Origin: an uncultured Acidobacteriota bacterium
Lineage (GTDB): Bacteria; Acidobacteriota; Vicinamibacteria; Marinacidobacterales; SMYC01
Reading direction: 5' to 3'
Assembly: GCA_963815675.1 (NCBI GenBank)
Contig: CAWFHP010000005.1
Span: 42,850-106,849 of the forward strand
DNA: 64,000 bases
In this document: piece by piece, positions 62,171 through 64,000 of the stretch
How the letters are laid out: every line of letters starts with the position of its first letter
Position numbering within the stretch: position 1 is the first letter of the stretch
Notes under the pieces: generated by a model
What the model was told of the DNA's origin: nothing
The model's input: the letters and a program-made list of their open reading frames with translations, nothing else
Database searches by the model: none
Program-made: the position numbers and the translations under genes

Positions 62171-63238
62171 TTGGAAACTGTACCAGATGAGCCCGACGGG
62201 CACTTGACAGGCAAAAAAACTCCGATCAACGGAGCCTACAAGCAATCGCCCATCTTCTTCGCTTATTCTACCGACGGCGGAAATACCTTCAGTCATCCGG
62301 TGAACATCTCGGGCAGCGCGCACTACGCCCAAGGTTCGCGCCCGATCGTCGGCTACGACGGCACCGTCTACGTCGTCTACGAAGGGTCCACCCGCCTCGC
62401 CAGCCTGAACAGCACCTACATCGTCAAGTCGACCGACGGGGGCGCGAGCTTCAGCAAGCCGCTGGCGGTAGCCACGGTGGCCGACATCATCCCCCCCGCG
62501 AGCACGGCGTTCCGGGTGAACAGCTTTCCAGCCGGCGCGGCTGCACCCAACGGAGATATCTATCTCGCGTGGTCCGGTGAGGTTCCGAACGACGACTCGA
62601 CCTATGGCGGAACGACGGCCTGCGCCTACTTCTGGGTCGGTCCGTCGGCCGTATACAACAACTGCCACTCCGCTGCCGTATACAGCAAATCGTCCGATGG
62701 GGGAGCGACCTGGAGCGCGCCCGCGCCGATTTTGTCGACGATCAACGGCAGCGATCGCGTCGCCGTCGGGTATCCTGCGCCCGATGGCCTGGCGGCTCCC
62801 GCCGCGCGCCGGGTAGATACGTTCTGGCCCGGAGTGGCGGCTTCGCCGTCGGGCACGGTCTACATGTCGGCCTATTCGGCGGGCACGGTGTCGCCGTGGC
62901 AGACCTGCGCGACCCCCGATGCGGGCGCAGCCGGTCGCATCAACTGTCTGACGTTGGATGGCTACATTCACAACGCCCGACTCGACTACCACGTGACCAA
63001 TCTGGGCTCGGGCAACGTCGCGAAGGTCACCGGCAATCCGATCAATACCCGCAATGGATTCGGCGGCGGCTTTATTGGCGACTACACCGATCTGGCGGTC
63101 GGCTCGGACGATAGCTACCACGCTTTCTGGACCGACACGAACAACAAGCAGGACGTCGTCTGGTTCTACGGGTTCGAGTTCGAGCCGACCTCGATCAATC
63201 AGGAAGACGTCGTGACGGCAGCGGGATCGATACCGTAG
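62171..63238 (+). CDS. BNR-repeat (sialidase/exo-alpha-sialidase-like beta-propeller) protein, apparently N-terminally truncated (no signal peptide, TTG start directly after an in-frame stop)
   Basis: Asp-box repeats YSTDGGNTFS, KSTDGGASFS, SKSSDGGATWS. Upstream frame is closed by TGA at 62138 and marC starts divergently at 62153. Confidence 0.5.
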   Translation: METVPDEPDGHLTGKKTPINGAYKQSPIFFAYSTDGGNTFSHPVNISGSAHYAQGSRPIVGYDGTVYVVYEGSTRLASLNSTYIVKSTDGGASFSKPLAVATVADIIPPASTAFRVNSFPAGAAAPNGDIYLAWSGEVPNDDSTYGGTTACAYFWVGPSAVYNNCHSAAVYSKSSDGGATWSAPAPILSTINGSDRVAVGYPAPDGLAAPAARRVDTFWPGVAASPSGTVYMSAYSAGTVSPWQTCATPDAGAAGRINCLTLDGYIHNARLDYHVTNLGSGNVAKVTGNPINTRNGFGGGFIGDYTDLAVGSDDSYHAFWTDTNNKQDVVWFYGFEFEPTSINQEDVVTAAGSIP

Positions 63239-63570
63239 CCATGTACGCCCGCTCCTAGCGAACAGTTCAACGAACGAGTCCGCATAGGGACGGTGATGGC
63301 CGGACGAGAGCGCCTCGCCATCACCGCCCCGAAGTACTCGGAAAGTTCTCGAGACTGCGCGGCCGGAATCCACCCGCGACGAACGAGCGCGACTGAGGGC
63401 GCGGAGTCACCGTCACCCCCGATACCACCCAAAGCTCTCGCCGGCCCCACCGCACGCTGGCAACATTCTTGCTAGGTCGTGTGGCGGCGCCTCTTTCGTT
63501 GGTCGGTTTCGTTGGGATTCACCTACGGCACCGTGACGAAAAATGCGAGTGCCCTCCAGGTGGATTCCTA

Positions 63571-64000
63571 ATGACGACGAGAGGTAGTGTCGTTTTCGAG
63601 CTCGCTGCGCTGGTGAGTCTCATGGCAGCCACTCCGGTCCGAGCCGCGCTGACCAGCTGCGCGACGGACTGGAACAACTTCAACAATCCCGGTTTCATCG
63701 CCGAGTATACCTACCAGGGACAGGTCATCGCCGACGAAGAGACCTCCGCGGACAGCTCTCACGGCTCCGCGGCGGTTACCCCCTCGTGGACCGATCTGGC
63801 CTCGGGCTCTCCCGGATCCTTTCCTGGCCCGGAGCCAACCTCGTTCTTCGGCTATTACAACGGCGGCACCGTGTACGACCCCAACGATCCCGCCACGATG
63901 GAGGACGACTACATCCTGTTCCGGATGCGAGTGCAGGGAGATCCGAGTACCGGCGCCGCCTTCGACAGCAAGCATTGGAACGTCTTGTTGGACGTGGACG
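63571..64000 (+). CDS. Secreted hypothetical protein, 3'-partial (runs off the window); not in the ORF track because no stop is reached
   Basis: AGGTGGA then ATG at 63571; signal peptide MTTRGSVVFELAALVSLMAATPVRAA; open frame to position 64000. Confidence 0.45.
   Translation, partial: MTTRGSVVFELAALVSLMAATPVRAALTSCATDWNNFNNPGFIAEYTYQGQVIADEETSADSSHGSAAVTPSWTDLASGSPGSFPGPEPTSFFGYYNGGTVYDPNDPATMEDDYILFRMRVQGDPSTGAAFDSKHWNVLLDVD

Overview
This is a 64 kb, high-GC (~66%) chromosomal segment with dense coding on both strands and no rRNA, tRNA, CRISPR, transposase or integrase. The PadR + ADOP ('Acidobacterial duplicated orphan permease') pair, the many secreted peptidases, the GT39 glycosyltransferases and the CocE/NonD hydrolase suggest Acidobacteria. 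About 55 genes are recognisable: the 3' end of ppsA, an ion-transporter-superfamily permease, a metzincin lipoprotein, a DUF2007 zinc-ribbon protein, an ATL alkyltransferase-like protein, a translationally coupled operon of a small Cys-rich protein plus a split YedE/YeeE sulfur-transport pair, an MFS transporter, a CsgG-family secretion component convergent with a membrane Ser/Thr kinase, CocE/NonD hydrolase, M42 aminopeptidase coupled to a rhodanese, PadR + ADOP permease, ftsH, mprF, a ribose-type sugar ABC operon, a VirJ/AcvB-like hydrolase, an APC amino-acid permease, HtrA/DegP, a MacA-MacB efflux operon, an arylsulfotransferase-like gene, two adjacent secreted His-rich proteins (one with (MHGGG)n and (GPM)n repeats), three GT-C/GT39 glycosyltransferases, an SGNH hydrolase, DUF2071, a three-gene peptidase operon (S9 peptidase, S45 penicillin-acylase-like, oligopeptidase B), panE, ilvD, PilZ, PEBP/YbhB, YceI, sirtuin cobB, fur-dps, an alpha/beta hydrolase, marC, a BNR/sialidase-like fragment and a 3'-partial secreted protein. 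At least 25 single-base frameshifts interrupt 15 or more otherwise recognisable genes. Most can be explained by one extra base in a G or C run, and ilvD is among the affected genes, so sequencing/assembly indel error is the most likely cause, although the shifts cluster in particular genes. All start coordinates were inferred by eye and are approximate.
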